This document shows positions 9,060-18,702 of a stretch of DNA of 64,000 nucleotides, in pieces. The stretch covers positions 28,946 to 92,945 of the forward strand of contig CAVUPJ010000005.1 in the NCBI GenBank assembly GCA_963743455.1, read 5' to 3'. The translations under genes and the position numbers were made by a program. Numbering within the stretch: the stretch's first letter is position 1; each line of letters begins with the position of its first letter. The stretch comes from an uncultured Actinomycetes bacterium (GTDB lineage: Bacteria > Actinomycetota > Thermoleophilia > Solirubrobacterales > 70-9). The notes beneath the pieces were generated by a model that worked only from the letters and a program-made list of their open reading frames with translations, had not been told where the DNA came from and searched no databases.

Positions 9060-9107
9060 GAGCAAGGTTTTCTTGCTCTCAGTGGCCTTGTCCGAAATTG
9101 GACAAGG
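9060..9107 (-). terminator. Two adjacent perfect hairpins (GAGCAAG-5-CTTGCTC and CCTTGTCC-6-GGACAAGG) downstream of the oxoamine synthase gene
   Basis: Read directly. Located 56-103 nt after the stop at 9163. No long U tract. Confidence 0.45.
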
Positions 9108-9162
9108 AGAAACTACCCATAACGGGGGAGGAAAAGCCCCGACCTGCGTTACTCCGAGCTGT

Positions 9163-10437
9163 CTAACCCGAGCGAGGGAGATCCGGGAAGACCGGGATCA
9201 CCTGGTCGAAGATCTCGAGCGCCCGGTCGATGTGTTCGCGCTCGTGGGTCGCCATCAGGCTGGTGCGTAGCAGCGCACCGCCCGGGGCGACCGCGGGGTG
9301 AAGCGCGACATTCGTGTAGACGCCGGCCTCGAACAGCGCCTTCCACAGCATCACCGCCTGCCAGTCCTCGCCGACCAGGACCGGAACCACCGGGGTGATC
9401 GCCGTCGACCCGTCCGGAAGCCGGCCGGGCTCGACGACCACGAGGCCCAACTCGCCGAGGCCCCTGCGCAGGTAGGCGGCATTGTCGAGCAGCCGAGCGA
9501 ACAGCGGGCGCCCCTCGCGACGGCAGATGCGGATTGCCTCCAGCGCGGCCCCGAGCGAGGCGGGGACCGCCGCGGCCGTGAACACGAAGGCTCGCGCCGA
9601 GATCCGCAGGTACTCGATCACGTCGGCTGGGCCGGCGACGAAGCCACCGCATGAGGCGAGGCTCTTCGAGAACGTGCCCATTCGCAGGTCGACTCGATCC
9701 TCCAGCCCGTAGAGCTCGCAGACGCCGGCGCCCCGCTCGCCCAGGACGCCCACGGCGTGCGCCTCGTCGACCATCAGCCGGGCGCCGTGGCGCTCGGTGC
9801 GCTCGACGATCTCCGGCAGCGGGCAGATGTCGCCCTCCATCGAGAAGACCCCGTCCACGACCACGAGCGCGCCACCCCCATCGGCGTCGGCGCGCTCGAG
9901 CATCTTCTCGAGCTTGTCCATCTGGTTGTGGCGGAAGGGGCGCAGCTTCGCCCCCGACAGACGGCAGCCGTCGAGGATCGAGGCGTGGTCCCCCGAGTCG
10001 CAGATCACGGTGTCGCCCGGCTCGAGGATCGTCCCGATCGTGCCCAGGTTGGCCTGATAGCCGGTGGTGAAGACGATCGCGTCCTCGGTTCCCATCCACT
10101 CGGCGATCTCCTGTTCGAGCTCGACGTGCAGCGGGATCGTCCCGTTCAGGAGGCGCGAGCCGGTGAGCGCGGTGCCGTAGCGCTCGAGCGCCTCTCGGGC
10201 CGCCGCCTTCACCCGCGGGTCGCCGGTCAGGCCGAGGTAGTTGTTGGAGCCGAGCATGATCACGCCGCCGTCGGCGGCGTTGCGGCCCTCCATCTCGACC
10301 ACCGGCCCCGCCTCGGAGGTCATCAGCCGGAAGTAGGGGAGCAGATCGGCCTGCTTGGCGGCCTCCAGCTGCTCCTTGCGGTCGTGGCTGCGCGCCTTCT
10401 CGAACACGTCGGCGGGCGCGCGAATCGCCTCGCTCAT
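9163..10437 (-). CDS. PLP-dependent alpha-oxoamine synthase (serine palmitoyltransferase / KBL / BioF family, SPT-like)
   Basis: Intact 424-aa ORF with GSNNYLGL, TGSRLLNGT, DEAHAVG and the PLP-lysine motif GTFSKSL. Confidence 0.9.
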   Translation of the reverse strand: MSEAIRAPADVFEKARSHDRKEQLEAAKQADLLPYFRLMTSEAGPVVEMEGRNAADGGVIMLGSNNYLGLTGDPRVKAAAREALERYGTALTGSRLLNGTIPLHVELEQEIAEWMGTEDAIVFTTGYQANLGTIGTILEPGDTVICDSGDHASILDGCRLSGAKLRPFRHNQMDKLEKMLERADADGGGALVVVDGVFSMEGDICPLPEIVERTERHGARLMVDEAHAVGVLGERGAGVCELYGLEDRVDLRMGTFSKSLASCGGFVAGPADVIEYLRISARAFVFTAAAVPASLGAALEAIRICRREGRPLFARLLDNAAYLRRGLGELGLVVVEPGRLPDGSTAITPVVPVLVGEDWQAVMLWKALFEAGVYTNVALHPAVAPGGALLRTSLMATHEREHIDRALEIFDQVIPVFPDLPRSG

Positions 10438-10483
10438 GGATCAGAGTCTTCCATGCCCGACGGCTCACTAGAGTGACGGCCGA

Positions 10484-11622
10484 ATGGCCGCGCTCGAAGT
10501 TCGCCCCGTGCAAGGCCGCCGCGACCTGACCGCCTTCATCAAGCTGCCGTTCCGGCTGCATCGCGGCACGCCCTGGGTGCCGCCCCTGATCACCGAGCGG
10601 CGCCGTTTCCTCGACCGCGACAAGAACCCGTTCTTCGAGCACGCCGAGGCCGAGTACTTCCTGTGTGAGCGCGACGGCGCGCTCGTCGGGCCGCATCAGC
10701 GCCCACGTGGACGAGCGCTGGACCCAGTTCCAGGGCGGCAACGACGGCATGTTCGGGTTCTTCGAGTCGGAGAACGACCCCGAGGTGGCCCGCGCCCTGG
10801 TCGAGGCCGCCGCAGAGTGGGTACGCGCCCGCGGGCGCGATCGGATGCTCGGCCCGATGGACTTCACCACCAACGACGAGTGCGGCCTGCTGGTCGAGGG
10901 CCACGACCTCGAGCCGCTGATCCTCGAGCCCTGGCACCCGCCCTACTACCGGGAGCTGCTCGAGGGGCTGGGAATGACCAAGGCCATGGACCTCTGGATG
11001 TGGCGCCTGGCGATGGGGGAGCTGAAGCAGGGCGACCATTTCCACGATCTCATCCACCAGGCGGCCCAGGCGGCGGCCACCGAGCACGGCGTGGTCATCC
11101 GCCAGATGAGAAAGCGCGACCTGGAGGCCGAGATCGCCCGCTTCATGGACGTCTACAACGAGGCCTGGGGGACCAACTGGGGCTTCGTGCCCATCACCGA
11201 GGAGGAGGTTCGCTTCCAGTCCAAGAACCTGAAGCCGATCCTGGACGAGAACTGGGCGATGATCGCGGAGCGCGAGGGCGAGGTGGTGGGCGCCGCGCTG
11301 ACGCTGCCGGACGTCAACCAGGTGCTGGCGAGGATGAACGGGCGGCTGCTGCCGCTCGGCTGGTGGCGCTTCCTGACCGGCCGGCGGCAAGATCGACCGG
11401 GTTCGGGTCCTCGCGCTGGGCGTCAAGCCCCGCTACCAGCACCTGGGCGTCGCCGCCGCCCTGTACGTGCGTCACGTCGAGGTGGCACCACGAGTGCGGC
11501 AGAAGTGGGGCGAGATGGGGTGGATCCTGGAGGTCAACGAGCCGATGAACCGCGCCATGGAGGGGATGGGCGGCACCGTGGTGAAGCGCTACCGGCTCTA
11601 CGAGCTGCCGCTGTCCGGCTAG
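10484..11622 (+). CDS. Long (about 380 aa) GNAT-fold acyltransferase; frame broken near 10690 and 11390
   Basis: Pieces: ORF 10484.. (LEVRPVQGRRDLTAFIKLPFRLHRGTPWVPPLI), ORF 10665.. (NDGMFGFFES...YNEAWGTNWGFVPIT), and an unlisted third frame ending KIDRVRVLALGVKPRYQHLGVAAALY...RYRLYELPLSG-TAG at 11622. Confidence 0.75.
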
Positions 11623-11650
11623 CGCCCAACCCACCTATAGACTGGCGGCC

Positions 11651-11980
11651 ATGCCCCAGGAAGTCGTGCTCGAGGCGGAGGCGGTCGAGGAGCCGGCCAC
11701 GGACGAGGGCGAGGCGGTCGAGGAGCCGGCCCGTCTCCCGGAGCCGTCGCGCCGGACCGAGATCGAGGCCTGGCGAGGCGAGATGAGGACCGCCGCGATC
11801 GCCGCCGCCGGCGGCTTGGTGGCGGGCGCGGCCACGGTCGCCGCGGTGCGCGCCGTGCGCTCGACCGGCCCGACGCGCCGGCAACGTTCGCGGCGAGGGC
11901 TTCGCCGGCGCCAGGATCCGCCGAGGATCCTCGCCAGCCGGTCCTTCATGGTCGACGTCCATATCCTCGGCGATCGCTAG
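11651..11980 (+). CDS. Hypothetical small protein (acidic N-terminus, one TM, basic tail)
   Basis: 109-aa ORF with ATG start that fills the gap between flanking genes. Confidence 0.4.
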   Translation: MPQEVVLEAEAVEEPATDEGEAVEEPARLPEPSRRTEIEAWRGEMRTAAIAAAGGLVAGAATVAAVRAVRSTGPTRRQRSRRGLRRRQDPPRILASRSFMVDVHILGDR

Positions 11981-11984
11981 CTCG

Positions 11985-12909
11985 ATGAGCGGGGGTGCCC
12001 CGCCGGCGCCCGCCGGCGCCCGCCTCGAGGTCGAGGTCCGCCCCCCGTGGCCGTACCGGCTGCCGGCGAGCGGTGGGGGGGATGCCGTGATGCGCGTCCG
12101 CCGGGGGATCGTCACACGCCTGCTCCACGTGGATGGCGTCCCAATCGTGGTGCGCGCCGCCCAGCGGCGCGACGGGCAGGTCCGCTTGCGCGCGGAGGGC
12201 GAGCCGGCCGAGTGCCGGCGGGTGGCGATCGAGCGGATGCGCTTCGCGCTCGGCGTCGACGACGACTATCGCCCGCTCTATGACCGCTTTCGCTCGGACC
12301 CCTTGCTTGGCCCGGCGATCCGGCGCCGTCCCTGGCACCGGCCCCGGCGCCGTCCCTGGCCCTGGGAGGCGCTCGCCTGGGCGATCACCAAGCAGCTGAT
12401 CGAATCGTCGCGGGCGGCGCAGATCCAGCGGCGCATGGTGTTTCGCTGGGGGTCGCGGGCACCGGGGCCCGACGGCGCGGAGCTCCGGGACGTGCCGACG
12501 CCCGAGCTCGCTCGCCGGATGCGCCCCGGCCGAGCTCGCCGCGATGGACCTGGCGCCGGCCCGGGCGCTGGCGCTGATCCGCGCCGCGCGGGAGGTTGCC
12601 AAGGGCCGGGTCGATCCCGCCGATCCCGCCGGCGATCGCCGCCTGCTGGCGATCCGCGAGATCGGCCCCTGGACGGTCCAGTGCCTGGGCCTCTACGGTC
12701 GCGGCGAGCCCGACTCGCTGCCCGCCGGGGACCTCGACTTCATCAAGCTCGTGGGGCGGCTGGCCGGGCTCGGCCGCCGCGCCACCGTGGGCGAGGTGGA
12801 GGAGTTCTTCGCCCCGTACGCCCCGTATCGCGGCCTCGCCGGCTCCCTGATCCTCGCCGCCCACCACAAGGCGATCGCCGCCGGCCCGCCGCTTCGGCTC
12901 GCCGCCTGA
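11985..12909 (+). CDS. HhH-GPD DNA glycosylase (AlkA / 3-methyladenine glycosylase II-like); frame broken near 12525
   Basis: ORF 11985.. (WEALAWAITKQLIESSRAAQI) joins ORF 12544..12909 (IREIGPWTVQCLGLYGRGEPDSLPAGDLDF). Confidence 0.75.
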
Positions 12910-12927
12910 CCCGCGGCGCCGACCGGC

Positions 12928-13368
12928 TCAGTGGCCGTGGTACTCGTGGACCACGGCGTGGCCCTTGCCGCGGGCGATCATGTAGCGATTCGCCAAGAAC
13001 GCGAACGGGTAGGCGACCGCGAAGCCCAACGCCACGGCGAAGTAGAGGACGGGATCCCCAATTCCGGCCTCCATCGCACCCGGATAGACCAGCACGAAGG
13101 CGTTGTCTATCACCTCCATGATCGTGATCGAGACCGTGTCGGCGGCCAGCGCGGTCGAGACCACAACGCCGGCGGCGAGGCCGGCGCGAACCAACGGCAT
13201 CGCCGTCAGGCCGAAGCCGAACGTGTAGGCGAGACCCACGGCAAGCGCGATCTGTCCAAGGTCGCTCCATCCGAGACCCGTCGCGATGGCCATTCCCAGG
13301 ATCTCACCGATCGCGCAGCCGGTCAGGCAGTGCGTGGTCGCGCTGACCGCGAGCTGGTTCAGGCTCAC
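12928..13368 (-). CDS. DUF4396-family membrane protein
   Basis: 146-aa ORF with the HCLTGCAIGE motif and 4 TM. Its GTG start overlaps the upstream stop (GTGA). Confidence 0.75.
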   Translation of the reverse strand: MSLNQLAVSATTHCLTGCAIGEILGMAIATGLGWSDLGQIALAVGLAYTFGFGLTAMPLVRAGLAAGVVVSTALAADTVSITIMEVIDNAFVLVYPGAMEAGIGDPVLYFAVALGFAVAYPFAFLANRYMIARGKGHAVVHEYHGH

Positions 13369-14394
13369 TCGGGGACCTTGCCCGGCAGCAGCTCATTCGT
13401 CAGCACGTCGCCGCTGCTGGGCAGGGCCTCGATCAGGCCGTGGTCGGCGAAGAACTGCGCGAACCGCTGCCATTGCTCGGGGTCCATGTGGCCATAGGGC
13501 TGCCCGTTGCCCTTCGGCAGCAGCAGGGGCAGCGTCTTTCGCACCTCGGCGGCGGTGAACCTGGGGTTCAGGCCCTCGCCGGCGTCGAGCACCGCCTCGG
13601 TCGCCGCGGCCGGGTCGGCCACGGCTGCCTTCGTGCCGCGCTCGAGCGCCGCGATGAACAGGCGGATGCTCTGCTTCTCGTCCTCGAGGCGATCGGAGTT
13701 CGCGACCAGGACCAGCTCGTCGTAGGTCGGAATGCCGAGCCTGTCGACCGGGATCACGGTCGGCCCCTTGCCGCGCAGCCTCAGATCCACGCCCTCGACG
13801 TTGAGGAAGCCGCCGAGCATCGCGTCGGCGCGCCCGGAGAGGATCGCCGGCAGCAGCCCCTGCTGGACGTTGACGACGTCGAGGTCGTCCGTGCTCAGGC
13901 CGGAGCGCTCGAGGATCGTGCTCCAGGTAGTCCTCCTGGTAGGGGATGCCTGCCGTGGCCACCGTCTTGCCGCGCAGGTCCTTGACCTTGCCGATCCCGG
14001 AGCCCTCGAGCCAGATCAGGGAGGTGAGCGGGGTTCCCACCACGGCCGCGACGGCCTTCACCGGCAGGCCCTGGTCGCGGGCGAGGAGCACCTCGGGCTC
14101 GTACGAGATCGCGAGGTCCACCCGGCCGGCGGCAACCTCCTTGATCGGCGCCGATGGATCCGAGGGAACTCGCGGCCGGACGTCGAGGCCGGCGTCGCCG
14201 AAGTAGCCGCGCTCGATCGCCGTGTAGAGCCCGGCGTGGTCGGCGTTCACGTAGAAGTCGAGCGCGACGTCGAAGGGCTCCGGAGTGCCCGCGGTGACGT
14301 CCTCCGACTTCTCGCCGCAGCCGGCGGCCAGCGCCAGGGCGGCGGTGGCCAGCGCCAGGGCGGCGGTCAGAAGCCTCGTGCGTCTGTTCCTCAA
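13365..14394 (-). CDS. thiY: NMT1/THI5-type ABC substrate-binding lipoprotein (ThiY-like); frame broken near 13920
   Basis: ORF 13393..14394 has the lipobox LALAAGC, FYVNADHAGLY and VDLAISYEP. The C-half is in ORF 13365..13820. The operon lies behind a TPP riboswitch. Confidence 0.8.
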
Positions 14395-14419
14395 CGGTCC
14401 TCCTTCTCCGATGGCCTGC

Positions 14420-15191
14420 TCAACTTCTGGCCCCGTTCGGCCCCCACCAGGCGACCCTTCGCTCCAGGGTCGCGAGCAGGGCGAACAGAGCGATCGCGAT
14501 CGCCGAGAGCACGGCGACGGCGGCGAACGTCCGCGCCGTCTGGAGCTGAGCCGAGGCCTCCTGGATCAGGTGGCCGAGGCCCGAGCTGGAGCCGGCCCAC
14601 TCGCCGAACACGGCGCCGATCACCGCCACTGCGACGGCGATCTTGGCGCCGCTGAAGAGGTACGGGAGCGCGGTGGGCGCCTCGATCCGGCGAAGTGTCT
14701 GCCAGCGGCTGGAGTCCAGGGTGCGCATCATCTTCACCAGGTCGCGGTCGACGGAGCCGAGCCCGTCAAGGGTGTTGACGGTGATCGGGAAGAAGCAGAT
14801 CAAGGCGATGATCGCCAGCTTCGGGCCGATTCCGAACCCTAGCCAGACGACCAGGATCGGGGCGACGACGACGATCGGCACCGTCTGGGAGGCGACGAGC
14901 AGGGGATAGAAGGCGCGTCGCAGGGTCGGCGAGAGGTGCAGGACGACCGCGAAGCGCGACGCCGGCGGCCACGGAGAGCGCAAAGCCGGCGATCACCTCC
15001 TGGAGGGTGACCCAGGCGTTTTCGGCGAGCAGCCGCCTGTCCTGCCACAGCGCCTCGGCGATCTCGCTCGGGGAGGGGACGAGGAAGGGCTCGAGCTTGA
15101 GCGCGTCGGCGATCACGTCGAGGCGCGCCGCCAGCTCCCAGGCGCCGAGCAGGGCGACGACGATCGCCAGCGGCGGCAGCCAGCGCTTCAC
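14420..15191 (-). CDS. thiX: NitT/TauT-family ABC permease (ThiX-like); frame broken near 14955
   Basis: N-terminus is in ORF 14766..15191; the body is in ORF 14420..14983 (VKMMRTLDSSRWQTLRRIEAPTALPYLFSGAKIA). Confidence 0.85.
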
Positions 15192-16054
15192 CGCGCGCCC
15201 CCGCTCAGCGCCGCCAGCGCGCGCTCGCGCGCCGACATGAAGCCCTGGGAGGTGACGGCGTCCAGGCGCGGCAGGGCTCGGGGCTCCGGCGCGGCCAGCT
15301 CGGCGAGCGAGCTTGCCGGGCGGGCGGAGAGCACCGTCACGCGGTCGGACAGGTAGAGCGCCTCCTCGACGTCATGGCTGACCAGGATCACCGTGCGTGA
15401 CTCGGTGGCCAACGCCTTCGCCAGCCACTCCTGCATCTCCGCCCGGGTGATCGCGTCCAGCGAAGCGAAGGGCTCGTCCAGCAGCAGCACGGGCTTGCCG
15501 GCCAGCAGCGTGCGCAGGAAGGCGATTCGCTGCCGCATGCCGCCGGAGAGCTCGGCGGGGCGCGCGCGCTCGAAGCCCGCCAGCCCGAAGCGCTCGAACA
15601 GCGGGTGGGCGACCCGGCGGGCCTCGGCGCGCGAGGCGCCGCGGTTCCGCAGCGCCAGCGCCGCGTTGTCGATCGCGGCCAGCCAGGGCAGCAGCAGGTC
15701 GCGCTGGGGCATGTACGCGCAGCGGGCGAGGCGGCCGGCGGGCGAGGCGGCTCCCTCGACCTCGATCGTCCCGGCCTGGGGGGCGCGCAGGCCGCTGACC
15801 AGCTCCAGCAGCGTCGACTTGCCGCAGCCCGAGGGGCCCACGATGCCGAGCACCTCGCCGGCCCTCAGAGCCAGGTCCAGGCGCTCGATCACGCGAAGCG
15901 CGCCGAAGGCGTGCGCCAAGCCTCTGATCTCGACCGCCGCGCCCGAGGCGGCGGGTACGGCGCCCACGCGAGCGTCGCCCCCGTCCGCCGCCGCCTGGGC
16001 GGCCCTTTGAACCGCGAGAGGCTCCGTTACGGGAGCCTCGGAAGTAGTTCGCAT
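15188..16054 (-). CDS. thiZ: NitT/TauT-family ABC ATP-binding protein (ThiZ-like)
   Basis: Walker A GPSGCGKST, LSGGMRQR and LLLDEPFASLD. I prefer ATG 16054 (GGAGGGAG 5 nt upstream) over the ORF-track ATG 16072, which lies inside the riboswitch loop. Confidence 0.9.
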   Translation of the reverse strand: MRTTSEAPVTEPLAVQRAAQAAADGGDARVGAVPAASGAAVEIRGLAHAFGALRVIERLDLALRAGEVLGIVGPSGCGKSTLLELVSGLRAPQAGTIEVEGAASPAGRLARCAYMPQRDLLLPWLAAIDNAALALRNRGASRAEARRVAHPLFERFGLAGFERARPAELSGGMRQRIAFLRTLLAGKPVLLLDEPFASLDAITRAEMQEWLAKALATESRTVILVSHDVEEALYLSDRVTVLSARPASSLAELAAPEPRALPRLDAVTSQGFMSARERALAALSGGAR

Positions 16055-16160
16055 TGCTCCCTCCGCGCGCATTACCGCGACAGGTTCTAAGGGTCAGCGC
16101 CGGGTGGTTTTGCCCAGAGGCGCTATCTCAGCCCGCTCGCCCGCGAGCCCCCCTGGTCAT
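16055..16160 (-). promoter_or_regulatory. TPP (THI-box) riboswitch
   Basis: The minus strand reads GGGGGGC..GGGCUGAGA..(AGCGCC/GGCGCU helix)..ACCCUUAGAACCUG-UCGCG-GUAAUG-CGCGCGG-AGGGA, in the order of the conserved TPP aptamer blocks. Confidence 0.85.
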
Positions 16161-17561
16161 TGCCGATCGAAGTCTATACGCCGTGCCACCCGCGACCACG
16201 TTCACGAAGTTCTCCAGGTGGCGGGTGGTCCAGCACTCGAAGGCGGCTGTGCAATGGCGCTCGTACGCGGCCATCACCGAGTCACCGTAGTTCCAGTAAA
16301 GGCGTGGCTCCGGATTGAGCCAGAAGGTGCGCCCGGCGCGCTCGCAGACGCTCGCGAAGACCTTGGCGTGAGGCTCGCGGCCGTTGGTGCGGGCGTCGCC
16401 GAGCACGATCACCGTCGAGCGCGGGCCGAGATCGTCGACGATCTGCTCCAGGAACTCGAGCCACACGCGTCCGTAGTCGGTGTAGCCCGAGACGTCCGCG
16501 ACGCCGCCCTCGCGGCTGATCCGGTCCGAGATCGCGCGGAAGTCGCGCTCCCGCTCGAAGACGTCGGTGACCTCGGAGATCCGCTCGATGAACACGAAGC
16601 TGCGCAGCTTGCGGAACGAGTCGTGCAGGGCGTGCAGCACGGAGAGGAAGAAGACGCTCGCCGAGGTGACGGAGGTCGAGACGTCGCAGAGCACGTAGAT
16701 CTCCGGCCGCCGGGGATGCCGTGGCCGGTACTTGAGCCGCAGCGGCACTCCACCCGTCTCGAGCGAGGCGCGCATCGTGCGACGCACATCGACCGCGGCG
16801 CTGCGGCGGCGGCCTCGGCGCTCGTGGCCCAGAGTCGCCAGCCGTCGCTTGAGCTGCGCGACTGCCCGGTGCACGGCGGCCAGGTCCTGCGCCGCGCTGG
16901 TGGGCAGCGCTCGATCGAGCTGGGCGAGCGGGCGAGCGGGCGGCAGCTTCTCGGTGCGCTCGATCAGCGCCCGCTCGAGCTCGCGACGCAGGTGGCGCTC
17001 GAAGCGGTTGATCTGCTCGCGATCCAGTGACGGCTCCTCCGCCTTGACCCCGCCCTGCGCCTGGAGGCCGAGGGTGCGCCGGATGCGCTGCACGTCGACG
17101 CCGATCACGCCGGAGCCCTCCCCCGGGCGGCCGAAGGCGGCGATCGCCAGGCGCGCCAGGTCACGCATCTCGCCGTCGCGCCCCTCCGCGATCGCCTGGC
17201 GGACCGCCTCGCGCAGCTCGTCGAGGTCGAGGCGCTCGCCGCCCTCGTAGCGGCGACCCTCGCCTATGCCCCGGTCGAGCGCCTCCTGCTCGGTCGCGCG
17301 GAAGAAGAAGCGATCGAAGAGCAGCTCGAAGATGCGGCGGTCCTCCTGGGACTTGGCGACCGTGGCGGCCAGAGCCTCACGGAAGTCGTCCTGCTGCTCC
17401 CACGGCACCGTTTCGAGCGCTGCGAACGCGTCGAGGATCTCCGAGGTCCCGACCGCAAGGCCCTCGCGGCGCAGCTCGTCGCAGAAGGCTACGACGCGCG
17501 GGGCGAGGCCCGATGGCCCCTCGTCAGCTTGCGGCCTCGACATCGAGCCGCCCCCCGCCAA
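16128..17561 (-). CDS. VWA domain-containing CoxE-like protein
   Basis: Intact 477-aa ORF. EIYVLCDVSTSVTSAS (MIDAS-like) and the C-terminal region are typical of the CoxE/VWA_CoxE family. It is paired with the MoxR ATPase upstream. Confidence 0.8.
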   Translation of the reverse strand: MAGGGSMSRPQADEGPSGLAPRVVAFCDELRREGLAVGTSEILDAFAALETVPWEQQDDFREALAATVAKSQEDRRIFELLFDRFFFRATEQEALDRGIGEGRRYEGGERLDLDELREAVRQAIAEGRDGEMRDLARLAIAAFGRPGEGSGVIGVDVQRIRRTLGLQAQGGVKAEEPSLDREQINRFERHLRRELERALIERTEKLPPARPLAQLDRALPTSAAQDLAAVHRAVAQLKRRLATLGHERRGRRRSAAVDVRRTMRASLETGGVPLRLKYRPRHPRRPEIYVLCDVSTSVTSASVFFLSVLHALHDSFRKLRSFVFIERISEVTDVFERERDFRAISDRISREGGVADVSGYTDYGRVWLEFLEQIVDDLGPRSTVIVLGDARTNGREPHAKVFASVCERAGRTFWLNPEPRLYWNYGDSVMAAYERHCTAAFECWTTRHLENFVNVVAGGTAYRLRSAMTRGARGRAG

Positions 17562-18441
17562 GCTTCACCCCGACGCGCTCGGCCACCAGGTCCATGTCGG
17601 TGCGGTGCTTGACGATGATGCTCATCGTGCGCTCGAACACAGAGCCATCCAGGTCGTCTGCGCCGAGCAGCAGCAGGGCGCGCGCCCAGTCGATCGACTC
17701 GGCGATCGAGGGCGGCTTCTTGAGGTCGAGCTGACGCACCATGTGGACCACCTCCACCAGGCGGCGGGCCAGCCGTTCGTCGATCTCGGGCGAGTGCAGG
17801 CGAACGATCTCCATCTCGCGCTCGATCTCCGGGTAGTCGAGCCACAGGTAGAGGCAGCGTCGCTTCAGCGCCTCGGTCAGCTCGCGCGAGTTGTTCGAGG
17901 TCAGCAGCACGATCGGATGGGTGCGCGCCTCGATCACACCCAGCTCCGGAATCGAGATCTGGAAGTCCGAGAGGACCTCGAGCAGCATCGCCTCGAACTC
18001 CTGGTCGGTCTTGTCGATCTCGTCGATCAGCAGCACCACCGGCTCGGTGGAGGCGATCGCCTGCAGCAGCGGCCTGGTGAGCAGGAACTCCTCGGCGAAG
18101 ATGTCGCCATGCACCGCCTCCCAGCTCGCTCTCTCCGCGTCGGTTTCCGATTCGGCCTGGATCCGCAGCAGCTGCTTGCGGTAGTTCCACTCGTAGAGCG
18201 CCTTGGCCTCGTCGAGGCCCTCGTAGCACTGGAGGCGGATCAGCGGGCGCTCGGTCGCCCGCGACATCGCCTTCGCCAGCTCGGTCTTTCCCACCCCGGC
18301 CGGGCCCTCGACCAGCACGGGCTTCCCGAGCTGCTGCGCGAGGTAGGCGACCAGCGCCGCGGGCTCGTCGGCGAGGTATCCGACCCGTCCGAGCGCCTCC
18401 TTGACCTCGGCCACGGAGCTTGGCTGTGGTGTGGAGGGCAC
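17524..18441 (-). CDS. MoxR-like AAA+ ATPase (CoxD-like)
   Basis: C-terminal 305 codons of ORF 17524..19377 from GTG 18441. Walker A GPAGVGKT and Walker B VLLIDEIDK. The upstream part of that ORF is antisense to PPK2. Confidence 0.9.
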   Translation of the reverse strand: MPSTPQPSSVAEVKEALGRVGYLADEPAALVAYLAQQLGKPVLVEGPAGVGKTELAKAMSRATERPLIRLQCYEGLDEAKALYEWNYRKQLLRIQAESETDAERASWEAVHGDIFAEEFLLTRPLLQAIASTEPVVLLIDEIDKTDQEFEAMLLEVLSDFQISIPELGVIEARTHPIVLLTSNNSRELTEALKRRCLYLWLDYPEIEREMEIVRLHSPEIDERLARRLVEVVHMVRQLDLKKPPSIAESIDWARALLLLGADDLDGSVFERTMSIIVKHRTDMDLVAERVGVKLGGGRLDVEAAS

Positions 18442-18462
18442 CCGGCCGATGATAATGGCGCC

Positions 18463-18684
18463 ATGCCGGTTGCAGCGATCCTCCCCGAGTCCATCGGTCC
18501 CTACGTGTCCCTGATGATGATCGGCTTTGCGATCGGCGTCCTCGGCCACCTGAGCCGCTCGCGGTGGCTGATCGCGCTGGGGATCATCATCGTCTTCCTG
18601 GCCGCGACCGCCTTTCCGCTGGTGCTCAACGTGTTCAGCGACGAGCCCGCGCCCCCGGGGCCGCAGGTGCCGCGCCCCTACTGA
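18463..18684 (+). CDS. Small 2-TM membrane protein (73 aa), candidate leaderless mRNA
   Basis: ATG 18463 is in frame with the ORF 17266..18684 tail (MPVAAILPESIGPYVSLMMIGFAIGVLG...). GATAAT at 18451-18456 ends 6 nt before the ATG and there is no SD. Confidence 0.45.
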   Translation: MPVAAILPESIGPYVSLMMIGFAIGVLGHLSRSRWLIALGIIIVFLAATAFPLVLNVFSDEPAPPGPQVPRPY

Positions 18685-18702
18685 CGTGAGAGGATCGCCG
18701 GC

